Source of the DNA: an uncultured Oscillospiraceae bacterium
GTDB taxonomy: Bacteria; Bacillota; Clostridia; UBA1212; UBA1255
NCBI GenBank assembly: GCA_902472555.1
Contig: CABROF010000001.1
Location: 108,404 to 172,403, forward strand
Length of the DNA: 64,000 nucleotides
Direction: 5' to 3'
How positions within the stretch are numbered: position 1 is the stretch's first letter; each line of letters begins with the position of its first letter. The notes beneath the pieces were generated by a model. The model was not told where the DNA came from. It worked only from the letters and a program-made list of their open reading frames with translations, and did not search any database. The position numbers were made by a program, and so were the translations under genes. This document shows, piece by piece, positions 9,923 to 20,108 of the stretch.

Positions 9923-10588
9923 TCATTTCTCTGCTATGTATACGGATACGCCAACCGTGCCGTAGTATTTTGTTTTTACTTTTCGAAAGATCCCATATTG
10001 CGCTTCCATCGTTTCACCTCGGTCATGCTCTGCCACCGCAAGCCCCCCCTCTTGCATAATCGCTCCGGCCGCTTCGCTGCATAAAGCAGACGGCACCAGC
10101 ATATGCCGGTAAGGCGGGTCCAATAAAATAAGGTCAAACAGCAGCTTTCTGCGTCTGCACGCCTGCAGCGCCTCCCGATAATCCAGCTGAAGAAGCTCTG
10201 CCTTTCCGGAAAAACCCGTATGGATCAAATTTCCGCGGATCGTCTGAACACAAACCGGGTCATAATCATTCAACAAAGCCCCCGCGGCGCCTCTGCTGAG
10301 CGCCTCAATGCCGAGGCTTCCGTTTCCGGAAAACAGATCTAATACCAAAGCGCCCGGTATAGAAAATTGAATCATACTGAACATCGCTTCCTTCACGCGG
10401 TCAAGGGTCGGCCGCGTTTTCTGTGAATCGACTGTTCTGAGCTTCATTCCTTTTGCCGTACCGGAGATTACCCTAACAATGAAAAACCACCCCATTTGTG
10501 TTGCTTTTGCAATATCGATCAACATTTTCAGTATACTTTGACCTTTCCTATTTGTCAATCTCAAACTTGATTTTGAAGTCTGCGGCAT
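9923..10588 (-). CDS. rsmD: 16S rRNA (guanine966-N2)-methyltransferase RsmD. The true start is probably internal to the track ORF
   Basis: ..[30 protein letters not shown].. and the DPPY motif. The ORF-track start lacks an RBS and is probably too long. Confidence 0.8.
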   Translation of the reverse strand: MPQTSKSSLRLTNRKGQSILKMLIDIAKATQMGWFFIVRVISGTAKGMKLRTVDSQKTRPTLDRVKEAMFSMIQFSIPGALVLDLFSGNGSLGIEALSRGAAGALLNDYDPVCVQTIRGNLIHTGFSGKAELLQLDYREALQACRRRKLLFDLILLDPPYRHMLVPSALCSEAAGAIMQEGGLAVAEHDRGETMEAQYGIFRKVKTKYYGTVGVSVYIAEK

Positions 10589-10661
10589 GTATACTGTTTT
10601 TTATCATCAGGCGGATTCTGAACCAGCCTGGTCTCATGCGCGATACGGATAGGAGGCTTCC

Positions 10662-12701
10662 ATGGAACAGGATATCACATCATTAAAGGGCGTTAAAAGT
10701 GCCAGAGCTGCATCGCTGGCTGCCCTCGGCATCCGAACTGTGGAGGAGCTTCTGACATTTTATCCGCGGGAATACGAAGACCGAACCCGCGCCGCGCGTA
10801 TCAGTATGCTGGCCTTGGACGAAATTGCCGTGATTTACGCAAAGCTGCTTCATGTGACGGTAAAAAATATCCGCGCGAACCTGTCCGTGATCACTGCCTC
10901 CGTATCGGACGGCACCGGCACGCTGACGGTTTTGTTTTATAATCAAAGCTATATCCGTTCAAAACTGGTCCCTGGTACGGATTATATTTTTTACGGAAAG
11001 ATTACGCAGGGCTTTTACGGGCCGGAGCTGTGCAACCCGGCGTTCTGCACATACAAGGAACGCGGCAAATTTTTAGGGATAAAACCCATTTATCCTCTGA
11101 CACAAGGACTGTCGCAGAATATTATGCGCAGGCTGACGGCAGAAGCGCTTTCTGCCGCGCCCCCTTTTTCGGATTTTCTCCCGGCTGAAGTACTGCGCAA
11201 ATACCGGCTTCCGGACCGTGATACTGCAATTCGGGGTACGCACTTTCCCAAAGATGCCGCGCAGTGCGCACAATGCCGGCGGCGTCTGATTTTTGAGGAG
11301 CTGCTGAATATTCAGCTTATGCTGCAATTGGTAAAAAAAGACTGCGCCCGGGACGGCAAAGGGATCGCGCTGCACTGTGCCGATGGTTCGGACAAAAAAA
11401 AGGTTGCGCAGCTGATGAACAATCTGCCCTTTCAGCTTACTGAGGCACAGCTGCGGGTGTGGGCTGAGATCTGCAGGGATATGGAATCGCCGCAGGAAAT
11501 GAATCGGCTCGTACTGGGCGACGTCGGGTCGGGTAAAACGATCCTTGCCGTACTGGCTATGCTGAAAGCAATCGCCGCAGGATATCAGGCGGTCTATATG
11601 GCGCCCACCGAAATTCTGGCGGAACAGCACATGCGCACAATCAGCACGCTTCTTTCACCTTTGGGCATTCGCTGTGTACTGCTGACCGGTTCGCTGCGCG
11701 GCAGGGCAAAACAGGAACTTTATGCAGAGATCGAATCCGGCGCCGCACAATGTATTATCGGCACCCACGCCCTCATTCAAGCCGGCGTACCGTATGCAAA
11801 GCCCGGTCTCGTTATTACAGATGAGCAGCATCGATTCGGCGTGCGGCAGCGGGCAAAGCTGGCGCAGCATACCACACGTCCGGATATTCTGGTCATGACC
11901 GCTACCCCGATTCCCCGTACGCTGGCGCTGGTACTTTACGGAGATATGGATATTTCCGTTATCGACGCCATGCCGAAAAACAGAAAGCCGATTCGTACTT
12001 TTATTGCTGATTCTGCCCTTCGGCAGCGGATTCTGCTTTGGGCTGCTTCACTGGCGGAACAGGGACAGCAGATTTATATTGTACATCCGCTGATTCAGGA
12101 GCAGGAAGCGCTGGATCTGACTGCTGCGGAATCGAATTTCAAAGAACTCACCGCCTCTGTCTTCCGGGGGCTTCCCGCTGCATTGATTCACGGCAGAATG
12201 TCTGGCGCGGAAAAAGATCAAATCATGCGGGACTTTGTTGCAGGTAAAATTAAAATTCTCTTTTCCACCACTGTTATCGAGGTCGGTGTAGATGTACCCA
12301 ATGCCGTTCTGATCATTGTGGAAAACGCGGAGCGATTCGGCCTCGCACAGCTGCATCAGCTCCGCGGCCGTGTCGGACGCGGCAGTCAGCAGTCCTACTG
12401 CGTTTTATTTACAGACCATAAAAGCAAATTGGTACGGGAGCGGATGCAGATTATGAAAGCGACCAACGACGGCTTTCTGATTGCGGAAAAGGACCTTGCG
12501 CTGCGCGGACCCGGAGACTTTTTCGGGACACTGCAGCACGGCCTCCCTGCTTTTAAAATTGCAGATATTGGCAGAGATCTGGCTGTTCTGAAGGAAACAC
12601 AGGAGGCCGCCAAATATATCCTGCAGCATGCGGACGAGCCGGAAATCAAAGCGTATATTGCACATGTATCCGGCCAGATTCCGAATCTGATTGCACTGTA
12701 A
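10662..12701 (+). CDS. recG: ATP-dependent DNA helicase RecG
   Basis: 679 aa. Wedge domain, Walker A GDVGSGKT, DEQH box, helicase C-terminal domain. GGAGG RBS. Confidence 0.9.
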   Translation: MEQDITSLKGVKSARAASLAALGIRTVEELLTFYPREYEDRTRAARISMLALDEIAVIYAKLLHVTVKNIRANLSVITASVSDGTGTLTVLFYNQSYIRSKLVPGTDYIFYGKITQGFYGPELCNPAFCTYKERGKFLGIKPIYPLTQGLSQNIMRRLTAEALSAAPPFSDFLPAEVLRKYRLPDRDTAIRGTHFPKDAAQCAQCRRRLIFEELLNIQLMLQLVKKDCARDGKGIALHCADGSDKKKVAQLMNNLPFQLTEAQLRVWAEICRDMESPQEMNRLVLGDVGSGKTILAVLAMLKAIAAGYQAVYMAPTEILAEQHMRTISTLLSPLGIRCVLLTGSLRGRAKQELYAEIESGAAQCIIGTHALIQAGVPYAKPGLVITDEQHRFGVRQRAKLAQHTTRPDILVMTATPIPRTLALVLYGDMDISVIDAMPKNRKPIRTFIADSALRQRILLWAASLAEQGQQIYIVHPLIQEQEALDLTAAESNFKELTASVFRGLPAALIHGRMSGAEKDQIMRDFVAGKIKILFSTTVIEVGVDVPNAVLIIVENAERFGLAQLHQLRGRVGRGSQQSYCVLFTDHKSKLVRERMQIMKATNDGFLIAEKDLALRGPGDFFGTLQHGLPAFKIADIGRDLAVLKETQEAAKYILQHADEPEIKAYIAHVSGQIPNLIAL

Positions 12702-12746
12702 AAAAGACGCTTCCTTGTTCACTGGAAACAAGCGGCGTCCTTTTCA
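12702..12746. terminator. Bidirectional intrinsic terminator between convergent recG and rpmB
   Basis: A-run, then imperfect hairpin GACGCttccTTGTT..AACAAgcgGCGTC, then a T-run. Read from the sequence. Confidence 0.5.
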
Positions 12747-12774
12747 TCAAAATAATCAATTTTATCGTGGCTTC

Positions 12775-12975
12775 TTATATCGCTCTTGTTACTTTCCCCG
12801 ATCTCAAGCAGGAAGTGCACACATGCGCATATTTGGGAGCGCCATTTACCATAATCTTGACTCTCCTGACATTCGGCTTCCAGTTTCTTTTCGCACGTCT
12901 GCTCACCTGTGAACGTGTTATGCTGATGTGGCGGCCGAATAGCATATCCTTTGAACAGAATTCACATCTTGCCAT
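12775..12975 (-). CDS. rpmB: 50S ribosomal protein L28
   Basis: 66 aa MARCEFCSK..VCTSCLRSGKV; classic L28 zinc-ribbon cysteines. AGGGAGG RBS. Confidence 0.9.
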   Translation of the reverse strand: MARCEFCSKDMLFGRHISITRSQVSRRAKRNWKPNVRRVKIMVNGAPKYAHVCTSCLRSGKVTRAI

Positions 12976-13064
12976 TTAAAACACACCTCCCTTGAAAATC
13001 TTTTAAACAGCGGGATTTATTGTATCACAGACGAGGTATGTATGCAAGAAAAATTTTTAGGGCA

Positions 13065-13096
13065 ATTTCGGCGTTTTATCCTGAAAACGCCGAAAT
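13065..13096 (-). promoter_or_regulatory. Perfect 13-bp inverted repeat (6-nt loop) in the rpmB 5' leader
   Basis: ATTTCGGCGTTTT-atcctg-AAAACGCCGAAAT, about 90 nt upstream of the rpmB start. No adjacent U-tract, so it is not a canonical terminator. Confidence 0.5.
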
Positions 13097-13397
13097 GATT
13101 CTTCGCAGGGCACTCCGGCCGGCAGCTTTGATTTACAGTCGGACTTACGGCGCTTCCTTTTTCATCCCGAACATCAGCCTGAGAATTCCGCCGATAAACT
13201 TAGGGGCCTTTAATACCACAACCTTCACCGTTACCACCTCAAAACAGAATCGTTACTATTAATATATTCCCAGTTGTCATAATTGGTTCCGTGAAGCAAT
13301 ATATATAATGCGTACAATTGCGGTGCACAAGCCAGCCGTATCTATCATATCACGCCCGTGCCGTTCGTCTCCGGTGCGGCAAGGAATGAGGGACCCT

Positions 13398-14075
13398 ATG
13401 TTTCGTGCCTTAACAGTCAAATTCTCGATCTCCAAAAAAGCCTTGAAACGAATCGCTGTATTTTCCGCCGTATGCGGACTGGCATTCCTCTTATGCACAG
13501 CGATTTCCATATATTTCTACAACAACAACGCGACGGTGATCACTGCCGGCAACAAGCTTACCTTCACTTTGCCCAATGACATCAGCTGGCTTGAAAGCAC
13601 TGCAATAAGCGTTTCCGCAGCAGGCAATCAAATTACACAGAGCATGCAGAAATTCCGGCAGACATTTGACATGCAGGAGAAGCTTTTTGCAGGTAATGAA
13701 ATCATATATCATCTCGAGCTGTCGGAAAAGGGTGCACATGAAATCCACGGATTTATTCAGATCTGGCAGATCCAGGGAACCGTAAGCGGCTTCTTAAAAA
13801 GAGCACGCGCATCCATGAGCGCCTCTGTCTACGGTTTTTCGGAACAGGAAATAAAGGTCGGAAATTGTGCCGGATACCGCTGGGATTACCGAATAAAAGG
13901 AGAAGATCGGGATACATACGCAAAACAGGCATTTTTAGGTATGCCGAGCAATTCCGGAGAATCACAGCATGGACAGATGTATGTCCTCAGTCTGTACGCC
14001 CCCGCAGAGATTGCACAAAACAGATTTGAAGCCATATTCACGGAGATTTTAGATACGTTTATTGTGAAGCCCTGA
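13398..14075 (+). CDS. Hypothetical membrane-anchored protein
   Basis: Start placed at the ATG preceded by GAGGGA (ORF-track start 13308). N-terminal TM helix then a soluble domain. Its 3' end overlaps convergent nth by 17 nt. Confidence 0.45.
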   Translation: MFRALTVKFSISKKALKRIAVFSAVCGLAFLLCTAISIYFYNNNATVITAGNKLTFTLPNDISWLESTAISVSAAGNQITQSMQKFRQTFDMQEKLFAGNEIIYHLELSEKGAHEIHGFIQIWQIQGTVSGFLKRARASMSASVYGFSEQEIKVGNCAGYRWDYRIKGEDRDTYAKQAFLGMPSNSGESQHGQMYVLSLYAPAEIAQNRFEAIFTEILDTFIVKP

Positions 14076-14760
14076 AGTCGCACCACGCGGACAGTCTGCA
14101 GCCATTACAAGCAGGCTTGCGCGCATTGCAGACAGCTCTTCCGTGCAGAACAAGCTGATGGCAAAACCGCCCCGATATTTCAGGATGCGTTTCATCCGGA
14201 GGGATGAGTCTGCGCAGATCCTGCTCAATCTTAATGGGATCCGTATGCTGCGACAAACCGATGCGTCCGCAGATGCGAATCGCATGCGTATCTACTACAT
14301 AAGAAGGTTTCCCGAAAGCATCGCCTAAAACTAAATTTGCAGTTTTTCTGCCTACTCCGGCCAGCGTAAGCAGCTCCTCCATGGTGTCCGGAACCCTGCC
14401 GCCGAATTTTTCGCAAATATCAATACAGCATTGTTTAATATTTTTTGCTTTATTCCGAAAAAAACCCGTTGATTTTATGTAGGCCTCCAGCTCCGGAAGC
14501 GCAGCCTCCGAAAAGGCTTTGGCATCCGGATATCTGGCAAACAGCGCAGGCGTTACCATATTTACGCGTGCATCCGTACACTGCGCCGAAAGCTGCGTGC
14601 TGATCAGCAGCTGCAACGGCGTTTCATAACTTAAAGAACATTCAGCTTCCGGGTACAATGTATCCAGCTCCTGCAATAAATGCGGAATCTTTTCTGCAGC
14701 AGCTGCCAGAAATACATCTTCCGGCAGCCTGTCACGGCATATTTTATTTTTACTCTCCAT
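14059..14760 (-). CDS. nth: Endonuclease III (DNA glycosylase/AP lyase)
   Basis: HhH-GPD motif LAGVGRKTANLVL and 4Fe-4S cluster C-X6-C-X2-C-X5-C at the C-terminus. Confidence 0.9.
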   Translation of the reverse strand: MESKNKICRDRLPEDVFLAAAAEKIPHLLQELDTLYPEAECSLSYETPLQLLISTQLSAQCTDARVNMVTPALFARYPDAKAFSEAALPELEAYIKSTGFFRNKAKNIKQCCIDICEKFGGRVPDTMEELLTLAGVGRKTANLVLGDAFGKPSYVVDTHAIRICGRIGLSQHTDPIKIEQDLRRLIPPDETHPEISGRFCHQLVLHGRAVCNARKPACNGCRLSAWCDFRASQ

Positions 14761-16312
14761 CTAAAACGACCTCTGCTTCAAATGTATCACCCGAAGAACT
14801 TCTGAAGACTTGCAAGGATACGGTATCACCCGGCTTGTAATTCATCAGGACGCGGCGCAGACCTGTAAAATTCGTAATATCCGTGCCTGCAATTGCCACG
14901 ATGATATCGCCGCCCCGCAGCCCTGCTTTTGCCGCGCAGGATCCGTTGCTTACAGAATCCACATAGGCGCCTAAAGGCCAGCCGCGGTCATTGGCTGCGT
15001 TTACATTATAAGTCGTGTCTACCGTTACGCCTAATAAAGGTTTTACATATTTTCCGTCCTCGCATATAGCGCTGACGATCCGTTTAATTGTATTGGAATT
15101 GATCGCAAATCCCATTCCCTCATAGCCGGTCGAGACCAACTTAATTACACACATTCCAATCAATTCGCCCTCTTGGTTCAGCAGCGCTCCCCCGCTGTTC
15201 CCGGGGTTGATTGCAGCCGTAGTTTGCAGTAAATCGTATACATTCCCGGTTTCGGTCGTAACGACGCGGTCTACTCCGCTGATAATCCCCTCACTGACAG
15301 AATTCATAAAATCAAGTCCGCCGGGACTGCCGATTGCAACGGCTGACTCTCCAACTGTAATCTCATCGGAATCTGCAAAGGTAATCGGCTTCAGGCCTTT
15401 TGCGTTGACCTGAAGGACTGCCACATCGGATTCCTGATGGTAACCGAGAAGCTGCGTCACCGTATAATACTCTGAAAGATCCGTTTTAAAATACACCTGT
15501 ACACTGTAATTCGACGCAAGACCGCCGGTTGCAGGATCAATGGCATCCTCTACCACATGAAAGTTTGTTACAATCACGCCGTCTTCCGAATAGACAATTC
15601 CCGATCCCATGCCTACGGTGGTAATAACAGGATTCCATTTGCTGCCCGAGGTATATACCACTTTGATGCCCACAACAGACGGCGCAGCTTTTGCATAAAC
15701 GGCTTTTGCCACCGATCCGCCGTTGACCTCAATTGTAACGTTGTCTCCGGGCTTGACCGTCGTCCCGTCCACATTTTGGTCATCCTGATCCGGAATCAGA
15801 CTCTGCACGCGGTATCCGGTATTCGAAACGCCCAAAAGGCGAGCCAAATAATTATGATCCCTGGAAGGCAGTACGGACAGAAGCGTCAATACAAGCGCAA
15901 AAACAAGGAACGAACAAACCACTGCCGCCGCGACGGCCTTTGCGGTAGAGGGACCTTTTATAGGCGCTGCCCCATCCTGTCTTCTGCCAGCCTTTTCCGC
16001 CCGCAGCCGTTCTTTCTCGGCCTGCTGGGTCCGTTTGTATTCTTCTCTCAGCCGCCGAATATTTTCTTTATAATACGCAGGATCGGCAGACTGCCCCTCA
16101 TAGCCGTCATTCCGGCCGGCAGCATAGAACGGTTCCTGTGCCGTCTGTCCGTAAGTCGGCGCAGTCCCCGTTTGATTCGGTGCCTGCTCTGCCATCGGCG
16201 CATAACCTGAAACCGTCTGATTCGGTTCCGTATTTGTCTGCATAGAATCTGTTCTAAAATCAGATTGCCCGGTTTCTCCGGAATTCTCAGGATGTTCATA
16301 CTCGCTGTTCAT
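14750..16312 (-). CDS. htrA: HtrA/DegP-family trypsin-like serine protease with PDZ domain and a long disordered N-terminus
   Basis: Catalytic motifs TNFHVV, GNSGGAL; C-terminal PDZ; TM anchor. Start placed at the ATG (M64 of the track ORF) with a GGAAG RBS, immediately after the kinase stop. Confidence 0.85.
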   Translation of the reverse strand: MNSEYEHPENSGETGQSDFRTDSMQTNTEPNQTVSGYAPMAEQAPNQTGTAPTYGQTAQEPFYAAGRNDGYEGQSADPAYYKENIRRLREEYKRTQQAEKERLRAEKAGRRQDGAAPIKGPSTAKAVAAAVVCSFLVFALVLTLLSVLPSRDHNYLARLLGVSNTGYRVQSLIPDQDDQNVDGTTVKPGDNVTIEVNGGSVAKAVYAKAAPSVVGIKVVYTSGSKWNPVITTVGMGSGIVYSEDGVIVTNFHVVEDAIDPATGGLASNYSVQVYFKTDLSEYYTVTQLLGYHQESDVAVLQVNAKGLKPITFADSDEITVGESAVAIGSPGGLDFMNSVSEGIISGVDRVVTTETGNVYDLLQTTAAINPGNSGGALLNQEGELIGMCVIKLVSTGYEGMGFAINSNTIKRIVSAICEDGKYVKPLLGVTVDTTYNVNAANDRGWPLGAYVDSVSNGSCAAKAGLRGGDIIVAIAGTDITNFTGLRRVLMNYKPGDTVSLQVFRSSSGDTFEAEVVLDGE

Positions 16313-16313
16313 C

Positions 16314-17939
16314 TTATCTGTCTTCCTTTCTTCCGCCATCGATCGGCAAAGTAAATATAAATTTGGATCCCTTTCCGAGTTCACTTTCCGCACGAATGGT
16401 CTGCTGGTGTGCAAGTAAAATATTTTTTGCAATGGAAAGGCCCAGCCCGGTTCCTTTCTTATCCAGTCCTCTGGATTTGTCAGATTTATAGAATCGTTCA
16501 AATATCATATCCAAATCCTCCGGCGGTATACCAACGCCGGTATCTGCCACCGTTACCTCTGCACAGTCCTTCCGGAGGACGGTGCGTATCGTGATTCTGC
16601 CCCCTTCTGGAGTAAATTTTACCGCATTCTGAATCAAATTGATAAACACCCGATCTATAGACGGTTTGTCGATAAACACATATTCCGGATCATGCTCAAA
16701 CACCGTCCGGACATCAATTTTTTTCTTCTGAATCAGGGGCTCCAGCTTAATGATATTCTCCCGGACCAATTCGCATAAATCATATTTCAGTCGATTCAGC
16801 GTTACCTTGCCGGACTGCAGGCGCGCTACATCCAGAAGCTCGTTCACCAAATCGCTGAGACGCGTAATTTCCGAACGTACCGTTCGTAAATAATGCTCCT
16901 GCTTTTCAGGCGGAACCACACCGTCTATAATCGCATCGATAAAACCGCCGATTGAAGTCATGGGGGTACGCAGCTCATGGGATACATTCGCAATAAAATC
17001 ATTTCGCATTGCATCAAGATTTGCCAAAGATTCCGTCATTCTATTGAAGCTGTCCACCAAATCGCCGATTTCATCATGCGTTGTGCGCTGGATCTTCCCT
17101 TGAAAATCTCCTGCCGCCATTTTACCCGCGGCTTCCTGAAGGGCACGGATCGGATTGGTAATCCGCCGCGTAATCATGATCAGCACAATCACGTCTATCA
17201 GCACGGTAATTACAGTCGCAATGGTAAAATACTGAATAATGCTGCCGCGCGCTTTTGTGACCTCAGGCATAGCAACCGACATGAAAATACAATTTCCGTC
17301 AACAGTTAGCTTGGTATCCGGATGGATATAGATAATCCGTTTCGGCACGGTCACGTAAGATGCCGACTCCTTGGCATATAATCCGTAAAAATCGCCGCTG
17401 TCATAAAAACGGTCATCTTCATTCAGGCTGTCTAACTGTTCTTCCGAGAAATAATAGTGACCGTCCAAGAAAATAAATCTGTCAACTACTGTTTTGGGCA
17501 GAGAAAGCAGGCCCTCCGTCTCCCGGGAATCCGTCGGAAACAGCGGATACGACATGGATACCATCCCGTCCCGCTCTGCAATAAAGCTATAGGCGCCCAG
17601 CGTTTCTTCATAAAGCTCCATCCGGCTGAACAGCTTTTCCTGGTAGGCTTTTGTTTTCTCTTTTGCCTCATTGGAAATCCATTCGTTTTTATCGTCCACA
17701 GATGACTGATAAGACACATAATATTGAATCCAAAGATCCTGCAGGGATTCCACCGCGGTCCGCATATCCGTCACCTTGGACTCCACAAAAGAATTCTCGG
17801 TCAGCCGATCCATAATAAAACCGGATAAAACAGAAGATAAAAGAATCGTCAACGTAAAAATCAGCAGAAATTTTCGAAAAATCGAACTCTGGCGGAACGA
17901 GCCTGCACGTTTGCGCTGCCGGCTGCCGGATTTATCCAC
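16314..17939 (-). CDS. Sensor histidine kinase
   Basis: 541 aa. H-box SHELRTPMTSI, HATPase_c, two N-terminal TM helices plus HAMP. Confidence 0.85.
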   Translation of the reverse strand: MDKSGSRQRKRAGSFRQSSIFRKFLLIFTLTILLSSVLSGFIMDRLTENSFVESKVTDMRTAVESLQDLWIQYYVSYQSSVDDKNEWISNEAKEKTKAYQEKLFSRMELYEETLGAYSFIAERDGMVSMSYPLFPTDSRETEGLLSLPKTVVDRFIFLDGHYYFSEEQLDSLNEDDRFYDSGDFYGLYAKESASYVTVPKRIIYIHPDTKLTVDGNCIFMSVAMPEVTKARGSIIQYFTIATVITVLIDVIVLIMITRRITNPIRALQEAAGKMAAGDFQGKIQRTTHDEIGDLVDSFNRMTESLANLDAMRNDFIANVSHELRTPMTSIGGFIDAIIDGVVPPEKQEHYLRTVRSEITRLSDLVNELLDVARLQSGKVTLNRLKYDLCELVRENIIKLEPLIQKKKIDVRTVFEHDPEYVFIDKPSIDRVFINLIQNAVKFTPEGGRITIRTVLRKDCAEVTVADTGVGIPPEDLDMIFERFYKSDKSRGLDKKGTGLGLSIAKNILLAHQQTIRAESELGKGSKFIFTLPIDGGRKEDR

Positions 17940-17941
17940 AA

Positions 17942-18637
17942 TTATTTCACCTCAAATTTATATCCGATTCCCCAGACCGTCTTAATCTGCCAGGAATGCG
18001 AGGGATCCTCCACCTTCTCGCGCAGGCGCTTGATATGAACGTCCACGGTTCTGGAATCGCCGAAGAAATCATATCCCCAGATATATTCCAGCAGCTGGTC
18101 CCGCGTATAAACCTTGTTCGGATTGGAGGATAGAAAAAACAGAAGCTCCAGTTCCTTTGGCGGCATCTGTACCTCTGTGCCGTTTACTTTTACCGTATAG
18201 GTGGTTTTGTTTACCAATAAATTCGGATATACGACCTCCTCATGCGCTTCTTTTTCCGTATTGCTTGTCCTGCGCAGAACAGCCTTGACTCTTGCGGTAA
18301 GTTCCTTTGGCTCAAAGGGCTTTACCATATAGTCGTCGGCACCCAGCTCTAATCCCAAAACCTTGTCAAAAGTCTCGCCTTTTGCCGAAAGCATAATAAT
18401 TGGAATCTGACTGATTTTTCGGATTTCACGACATACCTGCCATCCGTCCGCACCGGGCAGCATAATGTCCAGCACCACCAAATCCGGGGTCGTGGACTTA
18501 AAAATTTCGATTGCTTTCAGTCCGTCATTTGCGATCTTTACATCGAATCCTTCATTCTCCAAATAGAGTCTGATTAATTCGCAGATATTTTCGTCATCAT
18601 CCACTACCAACACTTTTTGCTTTATATATTGAGCCAT
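17942..18637 (-). CDS. OmpR-family response regulator
   Basis: Start at MAQYIKQKVLVVDDD with an AGGAGG RBS (the track ORF extends to 18703). REC plus winged-helix domains. Confidence 0.85.
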   Translation of the reverse strand: MAQYIKQKVLVVDDDENICELIRLYLENEGFDVKIANDGLKAIEIFKSTTPDLVVLDIMLPGADGWQVCREIRKISQIPIIMLSAKGETFDKVLGLELGADDYMVKPFEPKELTARVKAVLRRTSNTEKEAHEEVVYPNLLVNKTTYTVKVNGTEVQMPPKELELLFFLSSNPNKVYTRDQLLEYIWGYDFFGDSRTVDVHIKRLREKVEDPSHSWQIKTVWGIGYKFEVK

Positions 18638-18891
18638 ACCGATTCCTCCTTTTCTTTTTGTGATCCATGCATTATAATTGCATGTGCAGGCCAATGGATG
18701 CATTATACCATAAAGACAAATAATTTACCAACAAAAAGCAAAAGAAACCTTACGTCTGTAGATTATGCCATGGTTATATGTTATTCTGGTGGCAAAACTG
18801 TGTAAAAAGGCACGAAAGATCACCTGCACGATACACGGCTCCGTGATTTCCGCCGCTGCCTTGAAAATAAAACTGGAGGTTATTCATATCT

Positions 18892-19986
18892 ATGAAATTA
18901 GGAATCGTGGGACTGCCCAACGTCGGCAAAAGCACGCTTTTCAACGCACTGACAAAAGCAGGCGCAGAAAGTGCCAATTATCCGTTTTGTACCATTGAAC
19001 CGAATGTCGGCATCGTTGCCGTACCTGACAAAAGACTCGACGTGCTTGCACAGATGTATGCCCCGGAAAAAATAACGCCGGCGACAATCGAGTTTTTGGA
19101 TATTGCAGGATTAGTAAAGGGGGCCAGCAAAGGAGAAGGACTCGGCAACAAGTTCCTATCCCATATAAGGGAAGCAGATGCCATTATTCACGTTGTACGC
19201 TGCTTTGATAATGACGATATTATTCGGGTCGAAGGCTCCTCCTCCCCTGCCGGAGATACACAGACCATTAACTTTGAGCTGATCTTTTCAGATATCGAGC
19301 TTTTGGAGCGCCGTATCGATAAAACAGGAAAATCAGCAAAAAGCGGCGACAAAAAGCTTTTGGCCGAACTGGACATGCTTCGGCGGATCAAGGCACATTT
19401 AGAGGAAGGAAAGCCCGTCAGAACAATGGATTTAACCGAGGAGGAGGCTACCTATGTCAAGTCCCTTTTCCTGCTTACCGCAAAGCCGGTCATTTACGCT
19501 GCCAATATCGCAGAGGATGATACTGCTGCACCTTCGGCATGTCCGTACGTAAAAGAGCTTTCCGAAATTGCCCGGCAGGAACATGCACAGCTCATCGTAG
19601 TCTGCAGCAGGCTGGAGGAGGAAATCGCCGCCCTGGAGGATGCGGAAAAAACTGAGTTTTTAGAAGCCCTCGGAATTCGGGAATCCGGACTTGAGCAGCT
19701 GATCACCGCGGGCTATAAGCTGTTAGGATTGATTAGCTTTCTAACTGCCGGTCCGAAGGAGGTGCGCGCTTGGACAATCGCAAAGGGTACAAAAGCGCCG
19801 GGCGCCGCAGGTAAAATCCATTCGGATTTTGAACGCGGCTTTATTCGTGCCGAAGTCGTTGCATATGACGACCTGATTGCCTGCGGCAGCTACCAGGGCG
19901 CAAAGGAAAAAGGACTGGTTCGTTCTGAAGGGAAAGAATATATCATGAACGACGGCGATGTGACGCTGTTTCGTTTTAACGTATAA
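18892..19986 (+). CDS. ychF: Ribosome-binding ATPase YchF/Ola1
   Basis: 364 aa, GIVGLPNVGKSTLFNALT, C-terminal TGS domain. Confidence 0.9.
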   Translation: MKLGIVGLPNVGKSTLFNALTKAGAESANYPFCTIEPNVGIVAVPDKRLDVLAQMYAPEKITPATIEFLDIAGLVKGASKGEGLGNKFLSHIREADAIIHVVRCFDNDDIIRVEGSSSPAGDTQTINFELIFSDIELLERRIDKTGKSAKSGDKKLLAELDMLRRIKAHLEEGKPVRTMDLTEEEATYVKSLFLLTAKPVIYAANIAEDDTAAPSACPYVKELSEIARQEHAQLIVVCSRLEEEIAALEDAEKTEFLEALGIRESGLEQLITAGYKLLGLISFLTAGPKEVRAWTIAKGTKAPGAAGKIHSDFERGFIRAEVVAYDDLIACGSYQGAKEKGLVRSEGKEYIMNDGDVTLFRFNV

Positions 19987-20108
19987 GCGTTTGGACAAGA
20001 TCGTACTAAAAAAACGCATGATCGTTGATTGCATTCCGGCAGATCCTGTAGTATTATGTGGCTGCAAAAATAATATCAAATTAATTAGAAGAAGGGATTT
20101 GAGGCATT

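Noticed and set aside
9923-10588. Full 221-aa reading of rsmD from the ORF-track start
   Set aside because: The N-terminal 30-47 aa lack an RBS and are not RsmD-like. The true start is probably internal (around ..MGWFF.. or MKLRTV), but it could not be fixed confidently.
13020-13262. 80-aa plus-strand ORF and 77-aa minus-strand ORF (13277-13510) in the rpmB leader region
   Set aside because: No RBS and odd composition. One runs antisense across the start of the 13398 gene. I treat the region as non-coding leader or promoter.
13100-13300. SRP RNA or another housekeeping ncRNA upstream of rpmB
   Set aside because: Only a GGAAGC fragment resembles the SRP domain IV motif. No symmetric-loop context.
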